Below are positions 20,370 to 30,916 of a DNA stretch of 64,000 nucleotides, piece after piece (the stretch's first letter is position 1; every line of letters begins with the position of its first letter). Origin of the DNA: Bdellovibrionota bacterium (GTDB taxonomy: Bacteria > Bdellovibrionota_G > JALEGL01 > DATDPG01); NCBI GenBank assembly GCA_963668355.1, contig OY764265.1, positions 1,024,001 to 1,088,000 on the forward strand. The letters run 5' to 3'. The notes under the pieces are model-generated. The model worked only from the letters and a program-made list of their open reading frames with translations, searched no databases and was not told the DNA's origin. The translations under genes and the position numbers were made by a program.

Positions 20370-21292
20370 GGCGCATCCCAAGACCCGCGCGAAAAATCCG
20401 CATGACCTCGAATGAATTCTTCCGATGTGAGACTTCTCTTTCCTTCAGGTTGGATGGATTCGATGGAGAGCCACTCGTCTTTGCAGGCAACCCACAGTTG
20501 ATTGGATTGGATCCGAATCGTTCCCGGCTGGCTTTGGGATTCTTCTCCCGTCAATTGTGAACGATGGAACTTGATGCGTTTTCCTTGTGAAAACGCGAAC
20601 GCCCCCGGCCAAGGATTTAAACCTCGAATTTGATTGTGAATCGCTTGAGCGGGTCGATCCCATTCGATTCGTCCTTCCCCTTTTTCCAAAAGAGGGGCAA
20701 ACGTCACCTCTTTTGGATCTTGAGGCTGAAATACGGCCCTTCCCTCATGAATCAGGTCCAGAGCCTCCAGCAATGCTTTTCCTCCCAAAGGGGCCAAGCG
20801 AGCTTCCAGTTCGCCTGTTGTTTCATTGGGATCAATGGGCGTTTTGGCCGTGTGACACACATCTCCCGCATCCAGTTCTTTTACAATTTCCATAATGGAC
20901 ACACCGGAAGCTGGATCACCCGAAAGAATTGCACGATGAATGGGAGAAGCCCCTCTCCAACGTGGCAATAAGGACGCGTGAACGTTGATGGTCAGTTTTG
21001 GAATGGCGAGAAGCGAGTCCGGAAGTAAGCGCCCAAAAGCAGCAACCACAAATACGTGAGCATCACACGCCCGGAGTTGCTCCAAGAAATCCTTCGACTT
21101 CATCTTGCTTGGCTGCACAACTTCCAAGCCCGCCTTCTGGGCATATTCTTTAACGGGTGGGGGAGTCAGCTTTCGGCCCCTTCCCGCAGGACGATCCGGT
21201 TGAGTCACGACCAATTCCACTCGACGCCCGCTTTTCACAATGGCATCCAAAGAGGCCACCGCAAAAGAAGGGCTTCCAAGAAAAACAAGCCG
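20366..21292 (-). CDS. fmt: Methionyl-tRNA formyltransferase (start codon unresolved, see findings)
   Basis: RLVFLGSPSFA, VVTQPDRPAGRG, INVHASLLPRWRGASPI, LDAGD, IRGLNPWP. Confidence 0.93.
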   Translation of the reverse strand, partial: RLVFLGSPSFAVASLDAIVKSGRRVELVVTQPDRPAGRGRKLTPPPVKEYAQKAGLEVVQPSKMKSKDFLEQLRACDAHVFVVAAFGRLLPDSLLAIPKLTINVHASLLPRWRGASPIHRAILSGDPASGVSIMEIVKELDAGDVCHTAKTPIDPNETTGELEARLAPLGGKALLEALDLIHEGRAVFQPQDPKEVTFAPLLEKGEGRIEWDRPAQAIHNQIRGLNPWPGAFAFSQGKRIKFHRSQLTGEESQSQPGTIRIQSNQLWVACKDEWLSIESIQPEGKRSLTSEEFIRGHADFSRGSWDAP

Positions 21293-21299
21293 GGAACAA

Positions 21300-21839
21300 T
21301 CAAATGGCGGGAGCGGAGCCGTCGGAGTTCCTTTCTTCGCGTTTTCTCTTTTTCATTTCGGTTCGGTAAAGGTCTCGTTTACCCGAACTCACATAATTTA
21401 CGAGAAGCTTTCCATCCAAATGATCCATTTCATGCTGGAAACAAATGGCCAAGAGACCTTCGGCCTCTAGCTCAAAAGGAGAGCCGTCCACGTTTTGACC
21501 TTTAAGGGAAATGATGGAGGCGCGATCCACCTCGGCCGTGAAGCCCGGAAGACTTAAGCAACCTTCTTCAATGCAAGCTTCGCCCTCTCTGGCGACAATT
21601 TCCGGATTGCAGACTTGATAGATGGGTCCATCGGAATCATCTTCCAGCGGTACCTGTAACACGATCAAACGAAGACTTTCGCCAACCTGGGGGGCCGCCA
21701 AGCCGATGCCATTGGAATCTTTCATGGTTTCCACCATGTCTTGAGCCAATTGGGCCAATTCTTCATCAAACGCTTCCACAGGTCGCGCAACCCGCTGCAA
21801 TACAGGATCTGGAAAGGTTCGTATTTTTCGTAACGCCAT
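21300..21839 (-). CDS. def: Peptide deformylase
   Basis: GIGLAAPQVG, EGCLS, QHEMDHL. Confidence 0.97.
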   Translation of the reverse strand: MALRKIRTFPDPVLQRVARPVEAFDEELAQLAQDMVETMKDSNGIGLAAPQVGESLRLIVLQVPLEDDSDGPIYQVCNPEIVAREGEACIEEGCLSLPGFTAEVDRASIISLKGQNVDGSPFELEAEGLLAICFQHEMDHLDGKLLVNYVSSGKRDLYRTEMKKRKREERNSDGSAPAI

Positions 21840-21902
21840 AACGTAGCCACTATAACCGGATTCCAAGACAGAATAAAGCGGGAGTCCGCCAAGAAAGCGA
21901 GT

Positions 21903-22649
21903 TTACGCTTTTGAGTTGCGTTTTTTGGCTGAAAGAATGCTTCGCAGAAACACGGCCATATCGTTTCGACGGGTGGGGGTCAGATCCACAAATTGAATTC
22001 CCACACCTTCCGAAAAATCATCTTGAACCTGAGAGGCCCCTTTTCGAATATGGACCACTTCTCCATCGATCATGAATTTTCGCTTGGCCGTCGGATGTAA
22101 AATCACGATGTTTAAGGTTTCCCCCAAGGACACATCTCCTGGAGGCATGCGCAGAAACAACCCCCCCTTGCTCAAGTTGTCCGAAATGACTTTTTGGACT
22201 TCCTTCTTCGAGCGAAGTTCCACAACAATTTGAGTCTTCACCCGGGGGTATTTTCGACATCCAATGCCGCGCGCATCCAGCAAGCGATCAATCAATTTAT
22301 CAAACGTTCTAGCGTTTTTGGTCTCCACACGAAGAAAATGGACGGCCATCCCAGCCACTTCTTGGACACGGTTGGGACCCACGACGCGCGTGATTTTTCC
22401 GGTGACTCGAATGGGCTCGGAGGAATTGCTCAAAACCACCTGCAACTGGACTTTTTCTCCGACCTTCGCAAAAGGATCGGTCGTCTCTAAAAACACTCCA
22501 CTTTTGCTTAAATTTCCCGAGTAATTCTCGAAACCACCGCCTTCTCCGATGACCTTAATCCGAACCTTGGTTTCAATGCGGGGTTTCCCTCGACGTTCAA
22601 TAATTTCGACAACCTGGGCCATAATCTGCTGTGTTTCATCATCTACCAT
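21903..22649 (-). CDS. Tandem PilZ-domain protein
   Basis: Two RxxxR plus NxSxxG pairs: RGKPR/NLSKSG and RKYPR/NLSKGG. Confidence 0.88.
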   Translation of the reverse strand: MVDDETQQIMAQVVEIIERRGKPRIETKVRIKVIGEGGGFENYSGNLSKSGVFLETTDPFAKVGEKVQLQVVLSNSSEPIRVTGKITRVVGPNRVQEVAGMAVHFLRVETKNARTFDKLIDRLLDARGIGCRKYPRVKTQIVVELRSKKEVQKVISDNLSKGGLFLRMPPGDVSLGETLNIVILHPTAKRKFMIDGEVVHIRKGASQVQDDFSEGVGIQFVDLTPTRRNDMAVFLRSILSAKKRNSKA

Positions 22650-22718
22650 CCCCACGCAACCCACAAGAAAAAGATACGACGGTCGGCGAGAACGCTCGCC
22701 CCCTCAAATGGTCTCTTC

Positions 22719-24323
22719 CTATTTTTTGAGTACTTTACTGGCGATGGATTTTAGCCAGCTCGATTTTTCTTGAGGTGCCGACCGTTTCATCTCTTCGGTC
22801 ATTTGGGCTTTGAGAGAGTTTGGGGTGTCTTTGGTGATCATTTTCGTTTGGGTCGTTTCACCGGTTTCAAAATCTCTGGCAAGCACCGTCAACAAACATT
22901 CTTCGGACAGGTCAAAACGAAGCTCCAACTTCTGTTCCTTTTGATTTCCTTGAGGAGGAGGAAACACAAAGGTCCCCAAATACTCATTCTCCAGAATATT
23001 GACGTTCTCGCCTTGGTAAATATCAATCTCAACGGCTTTCCCTTTTTCCATCGTCAATCGAAACGTTTTCGTCGCCGGAATGGGGGTGTTCTTATTGAGA
23101 ATGGGCTTAAAACGCCCGCTGGGCAAGGCAATGCCGATGGGAATGGAAAGCACATCCTTGAGTTTTGGAGCCCCCGTAAAGGCCTGAGGATTAGCCAAGA
23201 TGGCGGCCCCAAGAGCCACCACTTCGTCGGGATGAACCCCTTTTCGAGGGGCTTTGCCAAAATGTTGGTGAATTTTATTTTGAACCAGAGGCATTCGCGT
23301 CTGCCCCCCCACCAACAAAATTTCATTGATGTCCGTCGGCTTCATTCCCACAGACTCCATCACCTCATCACAGATGGTTAACGTTCGATCCACCAAATCC
23401 ATCGTCAATTGCATCAGCTGTTCCCGTTTTAGCTCCATATGCAAATCGATGGGTTCCCCTTGAATCTCCGTTAGATAAGGGAGTTGAAGTTTGACCATTT
23501 TTTCCTGAGAAAGATCCTGCTTCGCCCTTTCGGCCATGGCCCGAACCCGTTGTACGGCGACTTTCTCTTCGCGAATATCCTTCTCGGTCGACTCTTTAAA
23601 CTTCTCAAGAACGTACTCCGTAATCCTTGAATCGAAATCCACGCCCCCAAGGAACGTGTCTCCCCCGGTGGCCAACACTTTAAACACGTTTCCATTCACG
23701 TGCAGAATCGACAGGTCGAACGTTCCACCTCCCAGATCGTACACCAAGATCTTTTGGTCAAACCCTCGGTTGAAACCATATGCAATGGCAGCCGCCGTGG
23801 GTTCGTTCACAATGCGATCAACTTCAAGACCAGCCAACTTCCCGGCAATTTTTACGGCCTGTCGTTGGTTATCATTATAATAGGCGGGAACGGTAATGAC
23901 CGCTTTGTGGATCTCTCTCTGCAATTGCCCCTGAGCCATGTCGCGAATTTCGGCCAAAATGAAGGCCGAGATTCGGGCCAAACTGTAAATATTCTCGCCC
24001 AAAAGCACGGCAGCTTCTCCATTGGCGCCCTCGACAATATGATACGTCATGAGCTGGGCCATTTTCTGAACCACCAATGAATTAAACATGCGCCCAATCA
24101 AGCGCTTCGATCCAAAGATCGTGTCTCCGGGCTTGGTGACCATTTGGTCGACCGCTGGATGACCGACAATGATCTCTCCCTTGCGACTCAACCCAACGAC
24201 CGATGGAACTGTGGTATAGCCCTTTTCAGACGGAATGATTTTGGGCTTTCCGTTTTCTACAAAAGCCGCACACGTATTGGTCGTCCCGAGATCGATTCCA
24301 ATTTTGACTTCGCCTTCACTCAT
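22719..24323 (-). CDS. Hsp70-family protein (non-canonical DnaK paralogue)
   Basis: [39 protein letters not shown]. 534 aa, with no helical lid. Confidence 0.9.
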   Translation of the reverse strand: MSEGEVKIGIDLGTTNTCAAFVENGKPKIIPSEKGYTTVPSVVGLSRKGEIIVGHPAVDQMVTKPGDTIFGSKRLIGRMFNSLVVQKMAQLMTYHIVEGANGEAAVLLGENIYSLARISAFILAEIRDMAQGQLQREIHKAVITVPAYYNDNQRQAVKIAGKLAGLEVDRIVNEPTAAAIAYGFNRGFDQKILVYDLGGGTFDLSILHVNGNVFKVLATGGDTFLGGVDFDSRITEYVLEKFKESTEKDIREEKVAVQRVRAMAERAKQDLSQEKMVKLQLPYLTEIQGEPIDLHMELKREQLMQLTMDLVDRTLTICDEVMESVGMKPTDINEILLVGGQTRMPLVQNKIHQHFGKAPRKGVHPDEVVALGAAILANPQAFTGAPKLKDVLSIPIGIALPSGRFKPILNKNTPIPATKTFRLTMEKGKAVEIDIYQGENVNILENEYLGTFVFPPPQGNQKEQKLELRFDLSEECLLTVLARDFETGETTQTKMITKDTPNSLKAQMTEEMKRSAPQEKSSWLKSIASKVLKK

Positions 24324-24394
24324 ACTGAATTTGCCCTTGATCCTTTAAGGTAGCTCTGAAAGGGTTTTCTTGGCAATAAACAGATGCTTCACCC

Positions 24395-26161
24395 ATGAAA
24401 AAAGAGAGAGCGCAGTTTACAAGCAAATGGATCCTTTTGCCCCTTTTTATCGGGGTCAGTCTGCTTGCCTTCGCTCCAAGCCTTTCCAACCCCTTTTTGT
24501 TCGACGATGTCACCATTCTAGCCAAAAACCAATGGCTGACCTTCAACCACCTTCCCGCCTTCTTTCGATCCTTTGTTCACACGTCTACGCTTCAATTCCC
24601 CGGATATCGTCCCTTGGTCATGTCCACCTTCGTTTTTGAAAATGAGTGGTTTGGCCTCGCGCCGGAGGTTTTTCGCTTAACCAACATTCTTCTTCACGCG
24701 TTGATGGCTTTTTTGGTTTTTTTCTTTGCTCAAAACATCCTATTTCGCTCTCTTCCGAACAAAGGGCGGTGGTCTCTACTGGCTGCCCTCATTTTTTGCC
24801 TTCATCCCGTTCAAACCAACGTCATCTCCTTGATTTGGAAACGAACGGATCTTCTGGTGGCTCTGGGAATTCTGGGTGCACTTTTATCCTTTGATGCTTT
24901 TGTTCGGACATCGGATCGAACCCGACTTCTTTACTGGTTTGTCGGGTTGATTTGCTCTCTGGTGGCCTTTCTCTCGAAAGAAATTTCCCTTCTTTTGTTT
25001 CCACTTCTGATTCTGTTCGATCTCTTTTTCTGGAAACCCCAGCTAAACGCTAAAAAACGAATTCTTCTGTATCTTCCCATTTTGGTTTTTTCCTTGGCCT
25101 ATGCCTGGATTCTTTTCAAAATTCTTCCCCACACACTTAAACCCATGCGAATGGCGGGAATGGAACATATTCCCTCCGCTCTGCAGTTGAGTTCTTTGGA
25201 TTATTTGAGTGTCCAGATTTCCGCCTGGTTTGAATACGCCCGCTTGGCGATTTGGCCCCATCCCTTGGAAGTTTTTCATCCACTCCCGACTTCCGAACTC
25301 TGGCTTCACACGTCCTTCTGGATGGGTCTCCTTTTTCTGGGATTCGTTTGTGGCGGGACCCTTGCCTTTTTCAAAAACCATCGCCCCATTTCGTTCAGTT
25401 TGCTTTGGTTTTTCTTGCTTCTTCTACCTGCCAGCAGCATATTTCCTCTGGCGCTACCGTTTGACGAAGATCGTCTCTACCTTCCTCTGATGGGCTTCTC
25501 CATACTCTTGACCTATCTTTCGTTTCAAACGTTTTCCTTCTTCTCTTCCTACAAAACAAAATCCTTCCGCTCCATTTACAAGGGCGCGTTGATTCTTCTC
25601 GTTTGCGTTTACGTTTTGCTTGCGTGGTCACGGCTTTTCGAATGGAAAAGCGGGCTTTCTCTCTGGGCCAGCAATGTTTCAGCCTACCCCGAAGATCCGC
25701 GGCCCTGGGTTCAATTGGGCATTTCCTATGCCCAAGAGGAAAAAGAATTTCAAAAGGCCTATCAAGCCTTCCAACACGCCCTCATTTTGGATCCCGAGTT
25801 TGGATCCGCGCATTACTTTTATGGTGAAGCCCTGATGAAAGCCGGTCAGTTCGAAAAAGCGCGCGTTCCACTTCACCGGGCCCTCCGTCTGAACGCCCTC
25901 CGACCCAAAGCGCTCAACCTTTTGGGAACCAGCCACTTAAAAACCAACGAACCGGCCCTGGGACTGACCTATCTCGTAGAAGGGTTGACTTTGGATCAAA
26001 AAGACCTGGTGGCATTTAGAAACCTATCACTGCTACTGGAGCGCTATCACCAACCCCAAGCCAGCCGGGAAATCCTGAAGAAAGCCTGGTGGATCAACCC
26101 CAACGACCCCGAAACCAACCGCCGCCTCGGGGTCAGGTCCCCCTTGGGAAGTTCAGACTAA
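24395..26161 (+). CDS. TMTC-like GT-C membrane glycosyltransferase with TPR repeats
   Basis: FLFDD, YRPL, NILLH, HPVQT, SKE and RLYLP motifs; multiple TM segments; C-terminal TPRs. Confidence 0.82.
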   Translation: MKKERAQFTSKWILLPLFIGVSLLAFAPSLSNPFLFDDVTILAKNQWLTFNHLPAFFRSFVHTSTLQFPGYRPLVMSTFVFENEWFGLAPEVFRLTNILLHALMAFLVFFFAQNILFRSLPNKGRWSLLAALIFCLHPVQTNVISLIWKRTDLLVALGILGALLSFDAFVRTSDRTRLLYWFVGLICSLVAFLSKEISLLLFPLLILFDLFFWKPQLNAKKRILLYLPILVFSLAYAWILFKILPHTLKPMRMAGMEHIPSALQLSSLDYLSVQISAWFEYARLAIWPHPLEVFHPLPTSELWLHTSFWMGLLFLGFVCGGTLAFFKNHRPISFSLLWFFLLLLPASSIFPLALPFDEDRLYLPLMGFSILLTYLSFQTFSFFSSYKTKSFRSIYKGALILLVCVYVLLAWSRLFEWKSGLSLWASNVSAYPEDPRPWVQLGISYAQEEKEFQKAYQAFQHALILDPEFGSAHYFYGEALMKAGQFEKARVPLHRALRLNALRPKALNLLGTSHLKTNEPALGLTYLVEGLTLDQKDLVAFRNLSLLLERYHQPQASREILKKAWWINPNDPETNRRLGVRSPLGSSD

Positions 26162-26254
26162 CAAAGGTTATCAAGGCCAAGTGGTTTCGAATTGGAGGCA
26201 ACAAAAACAAACGTGAAAAATTGTTTCGAAGCTGCTAAAAGCCCCCTCGATATT

Positions 26255-26440
<186 letters not shown>

Positions 26441-26560
26441 CCCTTAATGATCCCGTCGCGATCAGGGATCTAGAAGGGGAGTTGATTTCCACTTGACACA
26501 ATGGCCCATGAAAAATAGGTAACTTCCACGTTTACAAACCCTTTGGGTGGAGGTGTCCCC

Positions 26561-27610
26561 ATGAAGCTTTTTTTCAGCCTAGCCACGACGCTCTTTTTTT
26601 TGATGCTCTACGCGAATCCGACCCTCGCACAACACCGAACCGTTGAACGTTCGCCAAAGGTCGACAACTACTTACATGAGGCCAGTTACGCCTTGGAAGA
26701 CCTTCAAGAAAGAAATCTTCTTAAAATGGAACAATCACTTGGAAGGGGTTTCTTAGAAATTCAAAACATGGTGGATTCCTACACTCCCGATCCTCGAACC
26801 AATGCCTACCTTAGATTAAGAGGATGGGGACAGCTCGTTTGGACACAGATCATGCATCGTCTGATGGCGATTCAAAACGGACTCTACGAGGATGAACTAC
26901 GCTTTGCCGAAAGGGTTGCTTTGGATCGGCAAGCTCGAGCCTCACTGGATTTGGTCGAAACATCCGTTCAACGTCTTTACAAATTACTCGAAGCTAAAAA
27001 CAAATTCGGATTTGATGTTGAAATCGACGCTTTTGCTCAAGACTTGTTTAAAAACGACACCCACGATGTAGACTACAAAGACATCATCGCCGAGTTTCAA
27101 TCCACCTTTTTGGAGCGACGAGATGCTGTGGTGGCCCGAATTGAATCGGGAGAGCATCCTGGAATTTTTGACCCTGCGGATCTTCCAAAAGGAACACGAT
27201 ATGCCAAGCTCTATCAAGAACACCTGGATCGTCTCTCGGATGAAACGTGTCGGGTGGACGAAATTTTCATTCGTCTGGCTGAGTTTGACGGCAATCGGTT
27301 GAACCAACTGATGGTAGAAGCCCAAACGGCACCCTCGGAAGCAACAAGAGAAGCTGCCAAGAATGAGATCAAAGTTCAGCTGATGGTCTTTGAAGACGCC
27401 TTGGATGCTTCTGAAACGGACCCCTCTTTTTCAAACTTGATGCAATACTTCGAGCGAAGTGGATACCTGGCTTTTGAACCTTGGGGTGGATATCCCGAGG
27501 ACTTTCACGATGCCATGGTGTTAATTCATCAAGCCAAAAGCAAGCTGGAAGAACAAACTCAACCGGATGCGCTAAAAAATATGTACGCCATGGGTGACGT
27601 TCTTCAATAA
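26561..27610 (+). CDS. Exported alpha-helical hypothetical protein
   Basis: GGAGG RBS, signal peptide ending TLA, 349 aa. Confidence 0.8.
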   Translation: MKLFFSLATTLFFLMLYANPTLAQHRTVERSPKVDNYLHEASYALEDLQERNLLKMEQSLGRGFLEIQNMVDSYTPDPRTNAYLRLRGWGQLVWTQIMHRLMAIQNGLYEDELRFAERVALDRQARASLDLVETSVQRLYKLLEAKNKFGFDVEIDAFAQDLFKNDTHDVDYKDIIAEFQSTFLERRDAVVARIESGEHPGIFDPADLPKGTRYAKLYQEHLDRLSDETCRVDEIFIRLAEFDGNRLNQLMVEAQTAPSEATREAAKNEIKVQLMVFEDALDASETDPSFSNLMQYFERSGYLAFEPWGGYPEDFHDAMVLIHQAKSKLEEQTQPDALKNMYAMGDVLQ

Positions 27611-27658
27611 CGTTTTGAGCTTCCCTCGACACCTTCGTATGGCTTAAGATCGATTTTC

Positions 27659-28687
27659 ATGAAAGTGAAAATCGGAGAGGTCCTTGTTTCTCAAGGTTTG
27701 GTCACACCCGAACAGGTCGACAAAGCTTTAACGTTTCAAAAAAAACAGGGTGGGAAATTGGGTTCCATCATGGTGGAGCTGGGCTTTGTTTCTGACCAAG
27801 CTCTGGCCACAGCGCTTTCGAAGCAGTTGCATCTTCCGGCTGCCCAGGCAGAAGACTTTCAAAAGATTTCTGAGACAGCACTGAAAAAGATGGATGCCCA
27901 GACCGTTAAAAAGCATGGGTGTCTCCCGTTGATTATGAGAGAGCGCCTTCGGATCGCCATTTCGGACCCATGGGAAATTAAGGCCATCAACGAGTGGGCT
28001 GTGCGCGAAAGCATTCAAATTCAATTGGTGATTGCCCCCGAAATCTGGATTACAGCCGCCATGGAACGTCATTATAAAATTCCTCGTCCGAATCGGTTTA
28101 GGGAGGCCGCTCCGGCCAATGCCCCTTTGGCCGAGGAGTCCGAAGAAATCATTGAATTGGATGAAAAGGCCATCATCGAAGATTTATCTTTTCCCCATTT
28201 TCAGCAAACGCTTTCCGATTGCCGATCCATCGAAGAGGTGTTCGATGCACTTCTGTCCTTTTTGAGTCCGTTATTGCCGCAGATCGCAGTTTTTGTGGCT
28301 CGAAAAGGAATCTTCTCCGGTTGGGTTCTTCATGGATTTCCCGCGCGGGCCAACGCGTTTTCCCAGATTCAAATCCATGCAACGCAAGAATCTCCCTTGA
28401 AACAGGTCGTCGAATCAAAGCAAACTCATAAAGGTCCCATTACGGCAGAGGTCGCTAAATTACTGGGATTTGAATTGCTTCAAGTGCCTTACGGCCAACG
28501 CGTTCAATTTTTTCCCATCCTGTTTCGCGGAAAGGTTTCCACGGTGCTCATGGGGGTTCCGGCTGAAGCCACCGAGAATCTGCCTCCAGAGCAAGAACGA
28601 CAAATCCGCCAGGCTTGTGAAAAAACGGAGGCCGCCTTGGAAATGTTGGTCTATCGCCGACTTATTTTAGCCCCTACAACGGTTTAG
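27659..28687 (+). CDS. MshEN-domain (GspE N-terminal) protein without ATPase
   Basis: KIGEVLVSQGLVTPEQVDKALTFQ followed by KLGSIMVELGFVS matches tandem MshEN motifs; no Walker A. Confidence 0.82.
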   Translation: MKVKIGEVLVSQGLVTPEQVDKALTFQKKQGGKLGSIMVELGFVSDQALATALSKQLHLPAAQAEDFQKISETALKKMDAQTVKKHGCLPLIMRERLRIAISDPWEIKAINEWAVRESIQIQLVIAPEIWITAAMERHYKIPRPNRFREAAPANAPLAEESEEIIELDEKAIIEDLSFPHFQQTLSDCRSIEEVFDALLSFLSPLLPQIAVFVARKGIFSGWVLHGFPARANAFSQIQIHATQESPLKQVVESKQTHKGPITAEVAKLLGFELLQVPYGQRVQFFPILFRGKVSTVLMGVPAEATENLPPEQERQIRQACEKTEAALEMLVYRRLILAPTTV

Positions 28688-28742
28688 GTCGTGACCTCCT
28701 CCAATCTTGCCCCAAACGCAAAAGCCCGATATCCAAGTGTGT

Positions 28743-30785
28743 ATGCGAAAAATTTTGCTAACCTTTTTGATCTTCTGGGTTCCCATGACTTCATTTTCGG
28801 CCACACCTTACCCCGCTAACTCTTTCCGCGTTTCTTCGAAAGCTCTCACCGAGCTATGCGATCAAATCATTGAAGATACGCAGGAAGCCTTACGACTGAT
28901 CGTTCAACGCAAAGGCGAACACTCCTTCGAAAACACGATCGAACCCATGCAGTTGGCCTATGAGGTCATGTGGGATCGCCTGGCTCCTTTACACTTACTG
29001 GGCTACGTCTCAGAAAATGACTCTGTCCGAAAAGCCGCCAAAGCCTGTGAACTGAAGGCGGGAAAATTCGAAGTGGATCTGCGTGCCCGCGAAGATTTGT
29101 TTCGTGTGTTTCAACAGGCAGCTCAAAAAAATCAAAAAACACTTAAAGGAGAGGACTTACTCTTACTCAAGAGCAATCAGCGGGATTTCAAAAAGAATGG
29201 TTTGATGCTTTCCAAGAAAAAACGAGAAGAACTCGTAACCTTGCGAAAACAAATTGCCGAACTTGAGGTGAAATACCAAAACAATTTACAGGAAGATGTC
29301 CGAGAAGTTGCGTTTTCACCCGAAGAAATGGCGGGCTTGCCAAAAGACTTTGTGGGTCGTTTTCCCAAAAACAAAGACGGCAAGCATGTATTGACCACCT
29401 CTTATCCTGATTATTTTCCTTTCATGAAAGAGGCCCGAAGTTCAGAGGCACGAAAGCGCTTTTTCTATGCCTTTGCTCGACGCGGCGGAGAACAAAATAT
29501 TCAAATTCTTCAAAAAGCCATCGACCTTCGCCACCAAGCGGCCAACCTTCTGGGTTACGCAACTCATGCAGACCTTCAAACCGAAGGAAGAATGCTCAAT
29601 AGCGCAAAAAAAGTTGAAGCCTTTCTGAAAAAATTGGAAACACGTTTTCAAAAAAGAAGAGACCAAGATCTGAAAAAACTCCTCGCTCTTAAGAAAAAAG
29701 ACAAACCCAAAGCCAAAAAAGTATGGCCTTGGGATCGCTTGTATTATGAGAATCAAATTCTCAAATCGGAGTATGGCATCGACTCCAACGAAATTCGAAA
29801 ATTCTTTCCGTTGAACGTCGTAACCAAGGGAATGTTGGCAACTTACGAGCTGCTGTTTGGACTTCAATTCAAAGAAATCAAACCGGCTCAGGCCTGGCAT
29901 AAAGATGTGCAATTGTTCGAAGTTCATGATCTTGAATCCGAAGAATTGATTGGGCATTTCTATCTCGACCTTTTTCCTCGTAGTGGGAAATACCAACATG
30001 CGGCTGTTTTTCCTTTAAGAGCCCGACTCCTGAAAAATGGAAAAATTGGCCAGCATTCCGCTGCGGCCATGGTGGCAAACTTTTCAAAACCCACGCCAAC
30101 CAAGCCTTCTCTTTTGACCCATGACGAAGTGGAAACATTTTTTCATGAATTCGGACACGTCATGCATGCCCTCCTGGCGAAAAGTAAATATTATCGCTTT
30201 ACGGGGATCGGCGTGACGACCGAGTTTGGCGTTCCAGATGACTTCGGCGAAGCCCCCTCCACCATGTTGGAAAACTGGGTATGGAACACGGAGGTCTTGC
30301 AAAATCTTTCTGGTCATTTTGAAAACCCTCGCCGAAAACTGCCTCGTCAGTTGATTTCAAAGATGACTCAAGCCCGACAGGCCAACTCGGGAACGTTTTA
30401 CCCCCGACAAATTTTCTTGGCCCGGGTGGATTTGGCCTATCATACAAATCCCAAACCCGAGAAATCCATCGAAGTCTGGCATGACCTCATGAAAAAAATC
30501 ACGGGCATGGAATTGCCCTCCGATTTAAAGTCGGGAAGTTCTTTCGGCCACCTCATGGGCGGATATGATGCCGGCTACTACGGCTATCTCTGGACCTGGG
30601 TCCTCTCCTCGGATTTGTTCACGCGCTTTCAAAAACACGGATTGTTGAATCAAGAAGAGGGACGACGATACCGAAGAACGATTTTGGAACCGGGCGCGAC
30701 CATCGACCCCAATCAAATGGTCAAAAATTTCTTGGGCCGTGCGCCCCAAGATGACGCATTTTTCAAAATGGTCGGGGCCGATTAG
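28743..30785 (+). CDS. M3-family metallo-oligopeptidase (thimet oligopeptidase-like) with signal peptide
   Basis: FHEFGH, DFGEAPSTMLENW, FGHLMGGYDAGYYGYLW. Confidence 0.93.
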   Translation: MRKILLTFLIFWVPMTSFSATPYPANSFRVSSKALTELCDQIIEDTQEALRLIVQRKGEHSFENTIEPMQLAYEVMWDRLAPLHLLGYVSENDSVRKAAKACELKAGKFEVDLRAREDLFRVFQQAAQKNQKTLKGEDLLLLKSNQRDFKKNGLMLSKKKREELVTLRKQIAELEVKYQNNLQEDVREVAFSPEEMAGLPKDFVGRFPKNKDGKHVLTTSYPDYFPFMKEARSSEARKRFFYAFARRGGEQNIQILQKAIDLRHQAANLLGYATHADLQTEGRMLNSAKKVEAFLKKLETRFQKRRDQDLKKLLALKKKDKPKAKKVWPWDRLYYENQILKSEYGIDSNEIRKFFPLNVVTKGMLATYELLFGLQFKEIKPAQAWHKDVQLFEVHDLESEELIGHFYLDLFPRSGKYQHAAVFPLRARLLKNGKIGQHSAAAMVANFSKPTPTKPSLLTHDEVETFFHEFGHVMHALLAKSKYYRFTGIGVTTEFGVPDDFGEAPSTMLENWVWNTEVLQNLSGHFENPRRKLPRQLISKMTQARQANSGTFYPRQIFLARVDLAYHTNPKPEKSIEVWHDLMKKITGMELPSDLKSGSSFGHLMGGYDAGYYGYLWTWVLSSDLFTRFQKHGLLNQEEGRRYRRTILEPGATIDPNQMVKNFLGRAPQDDAFFKMVGAD

Positions 30786-30916
30786 ATTTTATCAAAATTC
30801 GGTTAAAAAGTAGGGTTCCCGCGCTGAAAAAGCGATTTGAGGCCTATGAAATTGCAAAAAAAAGAGTAGAACAGCGCTAGAAATTTTCAGTAAAACCGGG
30901 CCACAGGGAGCGAAAT

